A stretch of 64,000 bases of DNA from Verrucomicrobiota bacterium (GCA_039818205.1 JBCBUK010000001.1:564460-628459); one strand, 5' to 3'; shown: positions 30,978-40,953, counted from the stretch's first letter. Translations and numbers: made by a program. The notes: generated from the letters alone by a model not told the origin.

Positions 30978-31604
30978 TTAGGTCGCTTCTGAAGCGCTAC
31001 TTTTCTCGCCCGCCGCTTCCTTATCGGTCGCTTCGGGTTCCGCTGCGTTATCGCCACCGGTTTTTTGTGCCTCGCCTTCGACCTCTTCAATGGCAACCGG
31101 AACGCTTTGCGGGTCAGAGTGCGTTTTATCGTAAAGCTCAGATCCCCCAAGCTGATTGATGATATGCATCCCGATAAATTCCTTCTCTTCGTAAGGCTTC
31201 TTGTAGTACTCGATCGGGACGACGTTTTTACGCAAAAAGATTCTCACTTGATAGCGATGGGGCGGCTTGATGACACGTTTGTTTGTGAGCATCATTCCAT
31301 CTTTCGAAAGCACGATCGTTTGCCGGGCATTCGATTTCTTCACGAAGTTCTGATAGTGGACAATGATACTCTCGAGCGGCGGTTCAACGAGCAGGTCATC
31401 CGCATCAAAAAAGAAAGCCTGAAAGTTGTTGTTGGTGATCCGCAAATTCAGTTTCGCCGCACCCCATTTCTCCTCATCAATATCAACATAAACACCAAGC
31501 TCAGGCTGAAGCTGTTCACCAGCAACCACCTGGCCCCTGAGGGAGGAAGAGAGGGCGAAAATTGTCAACACGAACGTCCAGATAACAAACTTCGGAGACT
31601 TCAT
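30978..31604 (-). CDS. Hypothetical exported protein
   Basis: Signal peptide from MKSPK (31604); acidic low-complexity tail. Confidence 0.75.
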   Translation of the reverse strand: MKSPKFVIWTFVLTIFALSSSLRGQVVAGEQLQPELGVYVDIDEEKWGAAKLNLRITNNNFQAFFFDADDLLVEPPLESIIVHYQNFVKKSNARQTIVLSKDGMMLTNKRVIKPPHRYQVRIFLRKNVVPIEYYKKPYEEKEFIGMHIINQLGGSELYDKTHSDPQSVPVAIEEVEGEAQKTGGDNAAEPEATDKEAAGEKSSASEAT

Positions 31605-31690
31605 AATAAACAGCTTAGGTAGTTCCTCTCGCTGGCTCAAGCGGCAAGTTTCACCGGTTTCCACCAAAAATATTTTATCAAAATTTTCAA

Positions 31691-33058
31691 TTAGGCACCA
31701 TCCGTCGCCTGAATCTGAGCTTTCAGATTACGCCAATGATGCAGGCGCTCGGCAATTCCCGCTTCCGCACCGTTTGCCTTTGGCTGATAGAAACTTTTCG
31801 GCTCAACCAGATACTCCTGGCCGGAAATCGCTTCGGGGAAATCATGGCTGTAACGGTATCCCTGCCCCTGCCCAAGCGACTTGTTCAATTTCGTGTGCCC
31901 ATCACGCAGCCAAAGCGGAACCGCCTGCAACGGCCCTTCCTTGATCGATCGCTTGGCATTGCCAATCGCCAAAGTCGACGAATTGCTCTTCGGCGCCAGC
32001 GCGAGAAACAGCGTCGCGTGTGCCAGGTTCAGCTCGCACTCGGGGAGCCCAACGAAGTCACACGCTTGAAAGGCCGCAACCGCCAACGGCAAAGCCCGAG
32101 AATCCGCCAACCCGACATCCTCGCTTGCAAATATTACCAACCGACGCGCAATGAATCGCGGGTCTTCGCCACCAGCCAGCATCTTGGCTAGCCAGTAGAT
32201 GGCCGCATCCGGGTCACTGCCCCGCATACTTTTGATGTAGGCGGAGATCGTGTCATAGTGCTCATCTTCATTCGCATCGTAGCGAATCTGCCGCTCTCGA
32301 GCAAACACCGCCAGATCGTCGTGACTCACCTCGCTACCCATCGCCAAGCTCAGCACCAGAGTCTCAAGAGCATTCAACGCGCGCCTGAGATCGCCATCAC
32401 ACAGCCGAGCCAAACCATTCAAGATATCATCTGAGGCCGTGCATCGAGTTTTGCCCAGACCGCGTTCTTCGTCGACCAGTGCACGACGCAACACCTCAAC
32501 CACGGCTCCTTCTGGTAAGGGCTCCAAACGAAATAAATGGCTTCGCGATAAAAGTGGCGGAATCACGTAAAAACCAGGATTGTGCGTGGTCGCTCCAATG
32601 AGCCTCACGTTACCCGCTTCAACATCTGGTAACAGCAGATCTTGCTGCGCTTTGTTGAACCGGTGGATCTCATCGATAAACAAGATGGTCCGCTGCTCGG
32701 GTCGATACCGCGCCATCCGTAACACGTCTCGCAACTCCGCCACATTGGAAAGGACTGCGTTCAGCCGAACACAATGGCTTCCTGTTTCCTCGGCAATCAC
32801 TTCCGCCATTGTCGTTTTTCCACAACCAGGAGGACCATAAAACAAAAGGCTTCCAAAGGTATCGGACTGGATCAATCGAGGCAGTAATGAGCCCTCACCG
32901 ACGAGATGCTCCTGGCCAATAACCTCCGCGATCCGGCGCGGACGCATCCGCACGGCAAGCGGCCGATTCACCGCCTTGGAATTCGTTTCCTGACCCGCAG
33001 AATCATTCGAGGGCTTTCCCGGTTCAGAAAACAAAGAAGGTTGGTCTGATTGCGCCAT
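31691..33058 (-). CDS. rarA: Replication-associated recombination protein A (RarA/MgsA AAA+ ATPase)
   Basis: PLAVRMRP, GPPGCGKTT, DEIHRFNKAQQD, HYDTISAYIKSMRGSDPDAA. Confidence 0.97.
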   Translation of the reverse strand: MAQSDQPSLFSEPGKPSNDSAGQETNSKAVNRPLAVRMRPRRIAEVIGQEHLVGEGSLLPRLIQSDTFGSLLFYGPPGCGKTTMAEVIAEETGSHCVRLNAVLSNVAELRDVLRMARYRPEQRTILFIDEIHRFNKAQQDLLLPDVEAGNVRLIGATTHNPGFYVIPPLLSRSHLFRLEPLPEGAVVEVLRRALVDEERGLGKTRCTASDDILNGLARLCDGDLRRALNALETLVLSLAMGSEVSHDDLAVFARERQIRYDANEDEHYDTISAYIKSMRGSDPDAAIYWLAKMLAGGEDPRFIARRLVIFASEDVGLADSRALPLAVAAFQACDFVGLPECELNLAHATLFLALAPKSNSSTLAIGNAKRSIKEGPLQAVPLWLRDGHTKLNKSLGQGQGYRYSHDFPEAISGQEYLVEPKSFYQPKANGAEAGIAERLHHWRNLKAQIQATDGA

Positions 33059-33244
33059 AAATCAAACACCAGTTTGCGGACTCGGTCATTCACTGGCAAC
33101 CTTTCGCGCCACGATACAACAACTTTGCGCATGTCGGCGGTTTTTGCTGTGAAGCGGCTCACCGAGCCTTCATTACATACTTGGCGCGCAGCGTCCATTG
33201 AGCTTAGAACGGAACCCCTATTCGTACTGACCGATAACAACCAA

Positions 33245-34756
33245 ATGAAGAAGCCGAACGTCCTACTTATCACCAGCGATCAGCAACATTGGTACACCCT
33301 CGGTGTGCAGAACCCGGAGATCTCGACACCGAATCTGGACCGTCTTGCCCAACGCGGCACCTTGTTTACCCGCGCCTATTGCCCGAACCCGACTTGCACG
33401 CCCACCCGGGCATCCATCATCACCGGGCAGTATCCGAGCCAGCACGGTGCCTGGAGCCTTGGCACAAAACTCCCCGAGGATTCCCAAACCGTTGGCGAAA
33501 TTTACCGGAAAAATGGCTATCGCACGGGCTTGATCGGCAAGGCCCATTTTCACCCCCTACTCTCCTCCGACGATCACGAATCGCTCGAATCCTATCCACT
33601 ACTGCACGACCTCGACTACTGGCGAAAGAACACCGGCCCGTGGTATGGCTTTGACCACATTGAACTCGCCCGCAACCACACGGACGAGGCTCACGTTGGC
33701 CAGCATTATGCAATCTGGATGGAAGAGAAAGGCCTGAAGAACTGGCGCGATTACTTTCAGATCGATAACAAACCGCCGCAGGAACATACTTGGACCATTC
33801 CCGAAGAGTTCCATTACAACACCTGGATCGCCGAACGAAGCAATGCCATGCTTGAGCGGTGTGCGGAAAACGATGAGCCTTTCTTCCTCTGGTCGAGCTT
33901 CTTTGATCCGCACCCGTCCTATCTCGTTCCCGAGCCATGGGACAAGATGTATGATCCCGACAAGATTACCGTTCCGCAGGGGCAAGCCGGTGAACACGAA
34001 AAGAACCCGCCGCATTTCCAGTTAACCCAACAAAACCCTCCGCCGGATAGATCCGTCTACGAAGCCTACAATGAAAGTGGCTACGCGACCCACGGCATGC
34101 ACTCGCATCTGCAAGATCGCGCATCACTGGCCAAAGACGTCGCGATCTATTACGGCATGGTCAGTTGTATGGATAAATATATCGGCCAGATCCTCGACAA
34201 ACTTGACGATCTTGGTCTCGCCGACAACACCTTGATTGTCTTCACCAGCGACCACGGACACTACTATGGGCATCACGACCTGATCGCGAAGGGCCCCTTC
34301 CATTACGAAGACGGCATTCGAGTTCCTTTCATTGCCAGTTTGCCCGGAACCATCCCCGAGGGCCGAAGAAGTGACGACTTAGTCAGCCTTGTTGACCTTG
34401 CTCCGACATTCCTCAGCCAATGCCAGATCGACGCACCGCCAACGATGAGTGGCATCGATCAGACGAAAGTCTTCGCTGGCCAAGAGAAACCGTCGCGGGA
34501 CCATGTCATCGTCGAAATGAGGCACCAGCCCACTGCCATGCACCTCAAGACCTACATCAATCAGCGTTACAAGCTCAGCGTCTATTTCAATCAAGACTAC
34601 GGAGAGATGTTCGACCTCGAGGAAGATCCCGGCGAGTTCAACAACCTCTGGGATAGCCTAGAACACCAAGCGCTCAAGCAGGAGCTCCTGCTAAAATTTC
34701 TCCATGCCGAAATGGGTAAAGAACCACTTTGGATGCCGAGAATCGCGCATGCCTAG
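33245..34756 (+). CDS. Cys-type sulfatase without a signal peptide (likely cytoplasmic)
   Basis: MKKPNVLLITSDQ, CTPTRASIITG, GKAH, SDHG, DLEEDPGE.NNLW; start at 33245. Confidence 0.94.
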   Translation: MKKPNVLLITSDQQHWYTLGVQNPEISTPNLDRLAQRGTLFTRAYCPNPTCTPTRASIITGQYPSQHGAWSLGTKLPEDSQTVGEIYRKNGYRTGLIGKAHFHPLLSSDDHESLESYPLLHDLDYWRKNTGPWYGFDHIELARNHTDEAHVGQHYAIWMEEKGLKNWRDYFQIDNKPPQEHTWTIPEEFHYNTWIAERSNAMLERCAENDEPFFLWSSFFDPHPSYLVPEPWDKMYDPDKITVPQGQAGEHEKNPPHFQLTQQNPPPDRSVYEAYNESGYATHGMHSHLQDRASLAKDVAIYYGMVSCMDKYIGQILDKLDDLGLADNTLIVFTSDHGHYYGHHDLIAKGPFHYEDGIRVPFIASLPGTIPEGRRSDDLVSLVDLAPTFLSQCQIDAPPTMSGIDQTKVFAGQEKPSRDHVIVEMRHQPTAMHLKTYINQRYKLSVYFNQDYGEMFDLEEDPGEFNNLWDSLEHQALKQELLLKFLHAEMGKEPLWMPRIAHA

Positions 34757-35010
34757 CTATTCAAGAGTCGGCTTATTCGTGCTGCTAGCAGCCGTCGCGA
34801 AAGCCGACAGCGGCGATATTGCCTCACCTTTAGGACCGCTATCGTCACCCACGATCACTTCGACTGAGCTCGAAAATGGAACTACCCGAAGGGTGACCAT
34901 GAATCAGCATTGAAGCGCCTGGCTCGCCAAAGTGATTAAACTTCGGGGCGAAGTGGACAATTCAATCTCCAACTAACACCGGCGGGAAGCACCTGCCCAA
35001 CGGTTCGAAG

Positions 35011-35640
35011 CTAGTTGCTCGAATTGTTGGTGCTATTGCTGTTGGTATTGTTGTTGGTGGTCGTCCGGCGTCTCGGAATGATTCGGCGACGAGGTACGGT
35101 TCGGTTCTGACTACTTGCCCCGGCCGTCGCCGTATTGCTATTCGGCTGAGCATTGGCGTTCGGCGGAACCCGATTTTGCATCGCGTTGGTCCGGCCCTGC
35201 GCACCTGGAGAAATCATCGTAGTCGGGATCGGCGTACCATCCGAGGACGCCAAAGAAATTTTTTCTACACGAGCTCCAGACTTCACTTGGATTGAACGGT
35301 CTCCAGCCTCGTCATAGCTCACAACCGAAAATCGGTGCCCATTCTCATTCAAAGCCAGTAACAGACTCTGGTTAAGGGACTTATCAAACACACTAAAGTA
35401 TGCATCCTCCCCAATGTGCAGGACACCGTTAAAGTCGATTTCCCGACTTAAAGGGCCCGCCTGCTCAACCTTTGGCGGTGGCGCCGCGACCGTCTTCTTC
35501 GGCGGGGAATATGGCATAAAGGGCGAACTTTTCAGCATTGATTCCCGGGCTTCTTCAAGGCTCGCTGCCGTGGCAGCGAATGGAAGAATGCCAGCAGCCA
35601 ACACTGCGAGAATAGAAAGTTGCTTCTTAGAGACGGTCAT
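35011..35640 (-). CDS. Hypothetical exported protein (possibly GspC/PilP-like beta domain) with an Arg- and Asn-rich tail
   Basis: Signal peptide, SPF.P, F.GV..IG...FSV.D; C-terminal PRRRIIPRRR then N/S/T tail. Confidence 0.7.
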   Translation of the reverse strand: MTVSKKQLSILAVLAAGILPFAATAASLEEARESMLKSSPFMPYSPPKKTVAAPPPKVEQAGPLSREIDFNGVLHIGEDAYFSVFDKSLNQSLLLALNENGHRFSVVSYDEAGDRSIQVKSGARVEKISLASSDGTPIPTTMISPGAQGRTNAMQNRVPPNANAQPNSNTATAGASSQNRTVPRRRIIPRRRTTTNNNTNSNSTNNSSN

Positions 35641-35736
35641 ACGCTTATAAACACAGGGATCGCTAAATTGTTTCCAGGCGAAAGTAAAGATTCAGTCAGT
35701 GTATTGAAAAGCTTTCGTCAGCTCAAGCCGAGAAAC

Positions 35737-35967
35737 CTAGCCCTCTTCATCCCCCCGATCGCTCTTACTCGACGTTTGCGAGGGTCCAATCTGCAACACG
35801 GCCAAACCGAGCCCCAGATTGAAAATCGCGATCACCAACGCAGGAAAATGTAGCAATGCAGCTTTGTCCCGAAACGCGGGAACCAGTCCAAGGGCGCTCA
35901 CGACAAAGAGTACAACGGCCCCGATGATGATCGGCAGTCCTAGATTAGTGCGCCGGTCAGATGCCAT
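35737..35967 (-). CDS. Small two-TM membrane protein
   Basis: Two hydrophobic segments; 11 bp after ssb on the same strand. Confidence 0.65.
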   Translation of the reverse strand: MASDRRTNLGLPIIIGAVVLFVVSALGLVPAFRDKAALLHFPALVIAIFNLGLGLAVLQIGPSQTSSKSDRGDEEG

Positions 35968-35978
35968 CGTTCCAGGTT

Positions 35979-36425
35979 CTAAAAGGGTACGTCTTCGTCG
36001 ATACCGGTATCAGCGGCAGGCGACGCATTCCGTGTCTCGCGCGGTGGAGGAGCAGACCGCTCATAATCGCCACCGCCTGAGGATTCACTAGATTCCCGAC
36101 CACCAACAAACTTGAAGCTCTCGCAAACCACCATCAGCTTGCTGCGCTTTTCCCCTTGCGGAGTCTCCCACTTGTCCTGCCGCAAGCGGCCTTCAACCAA
36201 GATTGGGTTCCCCTTGCTTAGGTATTTCGAAATAGTCTCGGCACTGCGTCCAAACGCATCGACATCCACGTAGGCGACTTCTTCCCGCTGTTCGCCTTCC
36301 TTGGTCGTGAATTGCCGATTTACGGCCAGCGTAAACTTGCAAATCGACATGCCACCAGGCGTCACCCGCATTTCAGGATCGGCAACCATGTTGCCCATAA
36401 GGATGACTTTGTTAAACGAGGCCAT
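35979..36425 (-). CDS. ssb: Single-stranded DNA-binding protein
   Basis: FNKVILMGN, VEGRL, acidic tail DEDVPF. Confidence 0.98.
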   Translation of the reverse strand: MASFNKVILMGNMVADPEMRVTPGGMSICKFTLAVNRQFTTKEGEQREEVAYVDVDAFGRSAETISKYLSKGNPILVEGRLRQDKWETPQGEKRSKLMVVCESFKFVGGRESSESSGGGDYERSAPPPRETRNASPAADTGIDEDVPF

Positions 36426-36490
36426 GCGATAAGATTCAAGCCACGTGGGCTCAGAGTCAAGCGCTGCTATCGAGCAAATTGCCCGGGAGC

Positions 36491-36793
36491 TTAGAGCTCC
36501 TGGGTCATGATGCGGTTCACAGTCTTGTCCAGACGGAAGCGCTCTTGAAATAGATTGGGAACCGATGGATCCGACTCGAAGATGAACTGCACGTATTGGC
36601 CGGATGGGAAATTGCGGTCGGTGACGCGGATAAATTCCTTCGTGCCGAGATTCTTGACTTCGGTCACATTAGCGCCGACGGCAGTGATGTTTTCCTTGAT
36701 CGACTCGATCAGTGTATCGACCGACTCGGTGTAGTTACGGGTATCAAGGATGAAGTTTGCGCGGTAGCGCTTAGTTGTCGCTGTTTGGCTCAT
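36491..36793 (-). CDS. rpsF: 30S ribosomal protein S6
   Basis: Y...FIL, G....LG.K, G.Y...F, RLDKTVNR; pth-rpsF-ssb context. Confidence 0.9.
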   Translation of the reverse strand: MSQTATTKRYRANFILDTRNYTESVDTLIESIKENITAVGANVTEVKNLGTKEFIRVTDRNFPSGQYVQFIFESDPSVPNLFQERFRLDKTVNRIMTQEL

Positions 36794-37379
36794 TTTTCTG
36801 TGGTGGAATGCGGGTGTTAATTTTGTTCATCGCGCTTACAGTGCCCTCGCGGACCAATAGTCTCAGGCCACTTATATAATCGGGCATGCGCGACGTGATA
36901 AGTTGTTGCTCAGTCTCATTAAGTTTGCCAAGGACCCATTTCGCCAGATCAGTTCCTGGATTGGGTTTGCCACCAATGCCTATGCGGTAACGAACGAATC
37001 CGTTGCCCACGTGCTGAAGAATGCTAGAGACGCCATTGTGCCCTCCGGCACTGCCACGGACGCTTATTTTGCTGCGCCCAAGGTCCAAATTGATCTCATC
37101 GTAGATAGCGACCAAAGAATCGACGGGGAACTTGTGAAAACGCATGACTGCGCCTAAAGCGGTTCCACTGTCATTCATATAGGTCTCCGATTTAACGAGC
37201 AGAAGCGGTTGTCCGGCAAAATTGACTTTGGCAACCAGCGCCTTGAGTCGCTTTTGCGGCTTCCATTCCGCTTGGCATTCCTGAGCTAGCTGGTCAACGA
37301 CCTGATAGCCCACATTGTGGCGGGTGTTCCGATACTCCGAACCTGGATTTCCGAGGCCGGCAATGACGGATACGCCCAT
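36771..37379 (-). CDS. pth: Peptidyl-tRNA hydrolase
   Basis: GLGNPG.EY..TRHNVG, TYMNDSG, GSAGGHNG. Confidence 0.98.
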   Translation of the reverse strand: MGVSVIAGLGNPGSEYRNTRHNVGYQVVDQLAQECQAEWKPQKRLKALVAKVNFAGQPLLLVKSETYMNDSGTALGAVMRFHKFPVDSLVAIYDEINLDLGRSKISVRGSAGGHNGVSSILQHVGNGFVRYRIGIGGKPNPGTDLAKWVLGKLNETEQQLITSRMPDYISGLRLLVREGTVSAMNKINTRIPPQKNEPNSDN

Positions 37380-37402
37380 TTGGCAAAGAACAAATAAACA
37401 TC

Positions 37403-37432
37403 GAAGGACCGGGGCGGCTGCTCCGATCCTTC
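37403..37432 (-). terminator. Hairpin terminator between rplY and pth
   Basis: Minus strand GAAGGATCGGAGC..GCCCCGGTCCTTC followed by a T-rich run. Confidence 0.55.
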
Positions 37433-37440
37433 AACGGAAA

Positions 37441-38061
37441 TTACTCCTCAGTGGTTTCCTCGGAGGAGGCTTCGGCTTCATCATCGTCCGAGTCGGACTT
37501 GCTCTTCGCAGATGAACCAACGGCCACAATAACCATATCAGGCTCGCCGTCGAAGCTCACGCCCTCGGGTACCTCAACATCACGGAGGTGAACCGCTTGG
37601 CCCGCGCCGAGATTCGATACATCGATGTCGATGCTCTCAGGCAAATTACGGGGCAGGCAGTGAACCGAAAGCTCGTGAACGGGCACTTCAAGAACGCCCC
37701 CTTCGGTTTTCACGCCAACAGGCTCGCCAGTTATGTGAACGGGGATGTGCGCGCTAATCGTTTGTCCCTTGACAACTTCCAAGAAGTCAATGTGACGGAA
37801 ACGGTCTGTGATCGGATCACGCTGCATTTCATGAACTAGCGCATCAATGCGGTATTTGTCGCCATCTTCGAGGGTGATAACGGCTGCAGTTCCAGCAACC
37901 TCACGCATCATCATCTTGAAATCGCGCTCGGAAACCGCTAAGGCGCTGTTTCCGCTCTTACCGTAGATGACTGCAGGGATAAAACCCTGTGCGCGCAGGC
38001 GCCGCGAATGGCCGCGACCGATTCCCTCACGTTTTTTTACGGACAGGAGATGTTCACTCAT
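37441..38061 (-). CDS. rplY: 50S ribosomal protein L25 (long CTC/TL5 form)
   Basis: SRRLR..G.IPAVIYG, QRDP, HIDF, GVKTEGG, LPESIDIDVS. Confidence 0.97.
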   Translation of the reverse strand: MSEHLLSVKKREGIGRGHSRRLRAQGFIPAVIYGKSGNSALAVSERDFKMMMREVAGTAAVITLEDGDKYRIDALVHEMQRDPITDRFRHIDFLEVVKGQTISAHIPVHITGEPVGVKTEGGVLEVPVHELSVHCLPRNLPESIDIDVSNLGAGQAVHLRDVEVPEGVSFDGEPDMVIVAVGSSAKSKSDSDDDEAEASSEETTEE

Positions 38062-38288
38062 TTGTCTTAATATTTTTGGGTTCGATTCCCATTCTCTGAA
38101 TATGGGAAACCCGCCAAAGAATCACTTTTCGGTCGGAAAGCAATCAAAACTTTGCTCTCCAGGCCAGTTTTCAGGGGATTTCGACCAAAAATGGAAAGAT
38201 CTGCCGTGCCCAATTCATACCTTAGAAGTTGAGTCATAATACACGCTATAATCAAAACTTTATCGAATCTCCGAAGAATAAGATCTGC

Positions 38289-38316
38289 TTGACATATGTG
38301 TCATATTTGTTACTTT
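38289..38316 (+). promoter_or_regulatory. Sigma70-like promoter TTGACA-N16-TACTTT with a TGACA-TATG-TGTCA palindrome
   Basis: Same hexamers and spacing as the rplM promoter; ATG follows 6 nt after the -10. Confidence 0.65.
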
Positions 38317-38322
38317 TGTAAC

Positions 38323-38463
38323 ATGGAATACACATCCCCAAGCGTTCTCCTTTACGTATTAACCGGATTTGTCGTTGGGTTACTGGCCGTAAATCTATGG
38401 ATCGATTTACGCTGGAGTAAGGAAGCCCAAATGATGCACGCCAAGCGCCTGAAGCGAAAATAG
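38323..38463 (+). CDS. Unannotated 46-aa single-TM small protein
   Basis: MEYTSPSVLLYVLTGFVVGLLAVNLWIDLRWSKEAQMMHAKRLKRK*: TM followed by a basic tail; promoter immediately upstream; below the ORF-track size cutoff. Confidence 0.7.
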   Translation: MEYTSPSVLLYVLTGFVVGLLAVNLWIDLRWSKEAQMMHAKRLKRK

Positions 38464-38657
38464 CCACGAGCCCGACCCGGAGCGAACGCCTGACTTGGGA
38501 CTGAGTTCCAAAGCAAAAGTCTTGGGTCTGCCCCCCTGCCGCTCCCGGAAATTCGGTAATCAGCATCACCCTTTGCCATTTGGTTTGACGCAATTTAGTC
38601 TGTGCCAAAGCTAATCGACGTTGTCTGGGCCTACCAGACAACGACTTACAGCGGTAA

Positions 38658-39950
38658 ATGGATTGGCTAACTCACTTGTTGCGCGGTTGCATTGGACTGG
38701 CGATTCTCACCAGCATTGGATTTGTGCTGAGTCAGAACCGCAAAGCAATCGACTGGCCAACGATCGCCAAAGGCATTGCGATCCAAGGGCTCCTTGCAGC
38801 GATACTCCTGAAGATTGCCGGAGCGAGCGAAGCCGTGCGATTTCTCGCATCAGCAATGATTCGCATGCTCGATTGGTCCAACGCCGGTTCGAGCGCATTG
38901 TTTGGCAAAGTCGCCTCCGATCAAAGTCTCGGCGGCATCCTCGCCTTTCAGGTTCTCCCGTCGATAATTTTCTTTGGAGCGCTCGCTACCCTCCTCTATC
39001 ACTGGGGCGTTCTACCGTTTTTCGTACGCGCCGGTGCCTGGATACTGCGCCGCATCATGCCAATTTCCGGACCGGAAAGCCTTGGTCTCGCCTCCAATGT
39101 CTTTGTTGGCCCCATCGAATCTACCCTCACGATCAAGCCTTACCTCCAGGAAATGACACGGTCGGAATTGTTCTGCTTGATGACTGCCGGCATGTCGACG
39201 ATCGCTGGAGGCGTAATGGTCGCCTACATCGCGATTCTTGGAGGCGGCAGCGATGAGATGCGGATTGAGTTTGGGCGGCAGCTTATCACGGCATCGCTGC
39301 TGTCCGCGCCAGCCGCCATCGTTGCGGCCAAACTCCTGATTCCAGAAACCCATAAAGTTGATCTAAACCCGGCTCCGGACCTGAAAATGCGGTTTGAAAA
39401 CGCCTTTGACGCACTGACCGTCGGGACGAACGAAGGCTTGAAGCTGGCGCTAGCGGTCGGCGCGATTTTGATTGTTTTTATCGCCCTCGTGACCGGCATT
39501 AACGATCTAGCAAACGTGTTCGGCAAGTGGACTGGATTGAACGAGGTCATCAACCAATCCACGGATGGGCGGTATCAATCGCTTTCGCTACAATTCCTTT
39601 TTGGGCTCATGTTCTCCCCGATCGCCTGGGCAATCGGTATCGATTCAAGCAATCTACTGGCGGGCGGGCAGCTGCTCGGCGAGAAAACGGCGCTCAATGA
39701 ATTTATCGCCTATAATTCGCTCGGCACAATGATCCAGAGTGGACAAATCGCTGACCCACAACAAATTGCAATCCTCACCTTTGCCCTGTGTGGATTTGCG
39801 AACTTTGCCAGTATGGGGATTATGCTTGGCGGTCTCTACGCACTCGTGCCATCGCGACGCGCAGAAATCGCGCGCTTGGGCCTACCGAGCATCGTTTCAG
39901 GGACCGTCGCATCACTGATGACCGCTTGCTGGGCAGGCGCACTCTATTGA
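38658..39950 (+). CDS. Concentrative nucleoside transporter (NupC/CNT family)
   Basis: AFQVLPSIIFF, N.FVG..E, TRSELF..MT.GMSTIAGG, KTALNEFIAY, ALCGFAN. Confidence 0.96.
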   Translation: MDWLTHLLRGCIGLAILTSIGFVLSQNRKAIDWPTIAKGIAIQGLLAAILLKIAGASEAVRFLASAMIRMLDWSNAGSSALFGKVASDQSLGGILAFQVLPSIIFFGALATLLYHWGVLPFFVRAGAWILRRIMPISGPESLGLASNVFVGPIESTLTIKPYLQEMTRSELFCLMTAGMSTIAGGVMVAYIAILGGGSDEMRIEFGRQLITASLLSAPAAIVAAKLLIPETHKVDLNPAPDLKMRFENAFDALTVGTNEGLKLALAVGAILIVFIALVTGINDLANVFGKWTGLNEVINQSTDGRYQSLSLQFLFGLMFSPIAWAIGIDSSNLLAGGQLLGEKTALNEFIAYNSLGTMIQSGQIADPQQIAILTFALCGFANFASMGIMLGGLYALVPSRRAEIARLGLPSIVSGTVASLMTACWAGALY

Positions 39951-40681
39951 GCATGAGCTTTCAAGCTCTGGGAAACGCTCGTTGAGCTGATCAAATGCCG
40001 TTCGCGCTTTCGCTCCAGAGCATTCATCAACAACCGCTCCATGCTTTTGGCGTCATCGTCTGGACCAAAGAAGCGAGCCAGCCACGGATAGACGACCTGG
40101 GCCTCAAGATCGTTGAGAACCGGAGGCATCTCTAATGTTCGGTCAAACGCATCAACCACCGCCTGCGCAACCACACGGACCAGCGTACGGGCCACGTCAC
40201 AGCTGCGCTCCTCAATGTAGATATCGGTTGCATCGGTCATTGGGAACTCTTCGAAGACCGTTTGGTAAATTGCCTCAGAATTCACGACTTCCACTTCTGT
40301 CCGCGGGAAGAAATTAGTCATGAGGCTCCAAGGTGGCATGGAGTTCTCCGAGGGCTCACCGCCGCTTTTTTCAGTGCGGAGGATAACCGTTGGAATGTCA
40401 GCAAATTTAGCGACCATGAACTCGGCAACCGCGCTCGAATCCATTTCAACCCCTTCGAAATTAAACAGAGCCAGATCGCACTCCATCAATGTCAGGAGCT
40501 TCTCATCGCGGACCTGTTTCGGCGACTTATCGCGGATCGGAAAATTCTGAGGTAAGACACATCCGTACCGGTGGTCGGAAATGTCGGCAATCGATTCAGC
40601 CAGCAATGCATTGCTGGTCATATCTTTATGCGTGGAGGGATCCCCCGCAAAGTAAATATTCAGCGTGGGGACGTTGCTCAT
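39944..40681 (-). CDS. Nucleoside 2-deoxyribosyltransferase-like protein
   Basis: IYFAG, LPQ, CDLALFNFEG.EMDSSAVAEFMVAKFADIP resembles the NDT D.GT..E motif; start at MSNVP (40681). Confidence 0.7.
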   Translation of the reverse strand: MSNVPTLNIYFAGDPSTHKDMTSNALLAESIADISDHRYGCVLPQNFPIRDKSPKQVRDEKLLTLMECDLALFNFEGVEMDSSAVAEFMVAKFADIPTVILRTEKSGGEPSENSMPPWSLMTNFFPRTEVEVVNSEAIYQTVFEEFPMTDATDIYIEERSCDVARTLVRVVAQAVVDAFDRTLEMPPVLNDLEAQVVYPWLARFFGPDDDAKSMERLLMNALERKRERHLISSTSVSQSLKAHAQ

Positions 40682-40953
40682 AAGATCAGGAAAAGTTGCA
40701 TCAGGAGAAGTGTTAACGGAACGAAACGGCAAAAAGTAAATCGGCCAATCTGAGTCGCTGCTTAAGCAAAATCTAGTTTAAAAAATACGTAAACTTATTC
40801 ACCAGGAATCATGCCTATCAGTCGTTTCCTGGGCCATTTACCCCGAATCTTTGCCAAAAACCGCGAAATATCATTAAGATCTATTAACACACCGCGTTTC
40901 ACCAACTTGGTTAGTTTGCAACCACACTGTTTTAACTGTCCAAGTCACTGCGG

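Noticed and set aside
34757..34900. Possible 47-aa minus-strand ORF between the sulfatase and 35011
   Set aside because: No motif, TM segment or clear initiation signal; unsupported.
38388..38560. Purine or other riboswitch, SRP or 6S RNA upstream of the nucleoside transporter
   Set aside because: Some hairpins exist (CGTAAATC/GATTTACG), but no consensus motif matches, and the 5' part is better explained by the 46-aa ORF.
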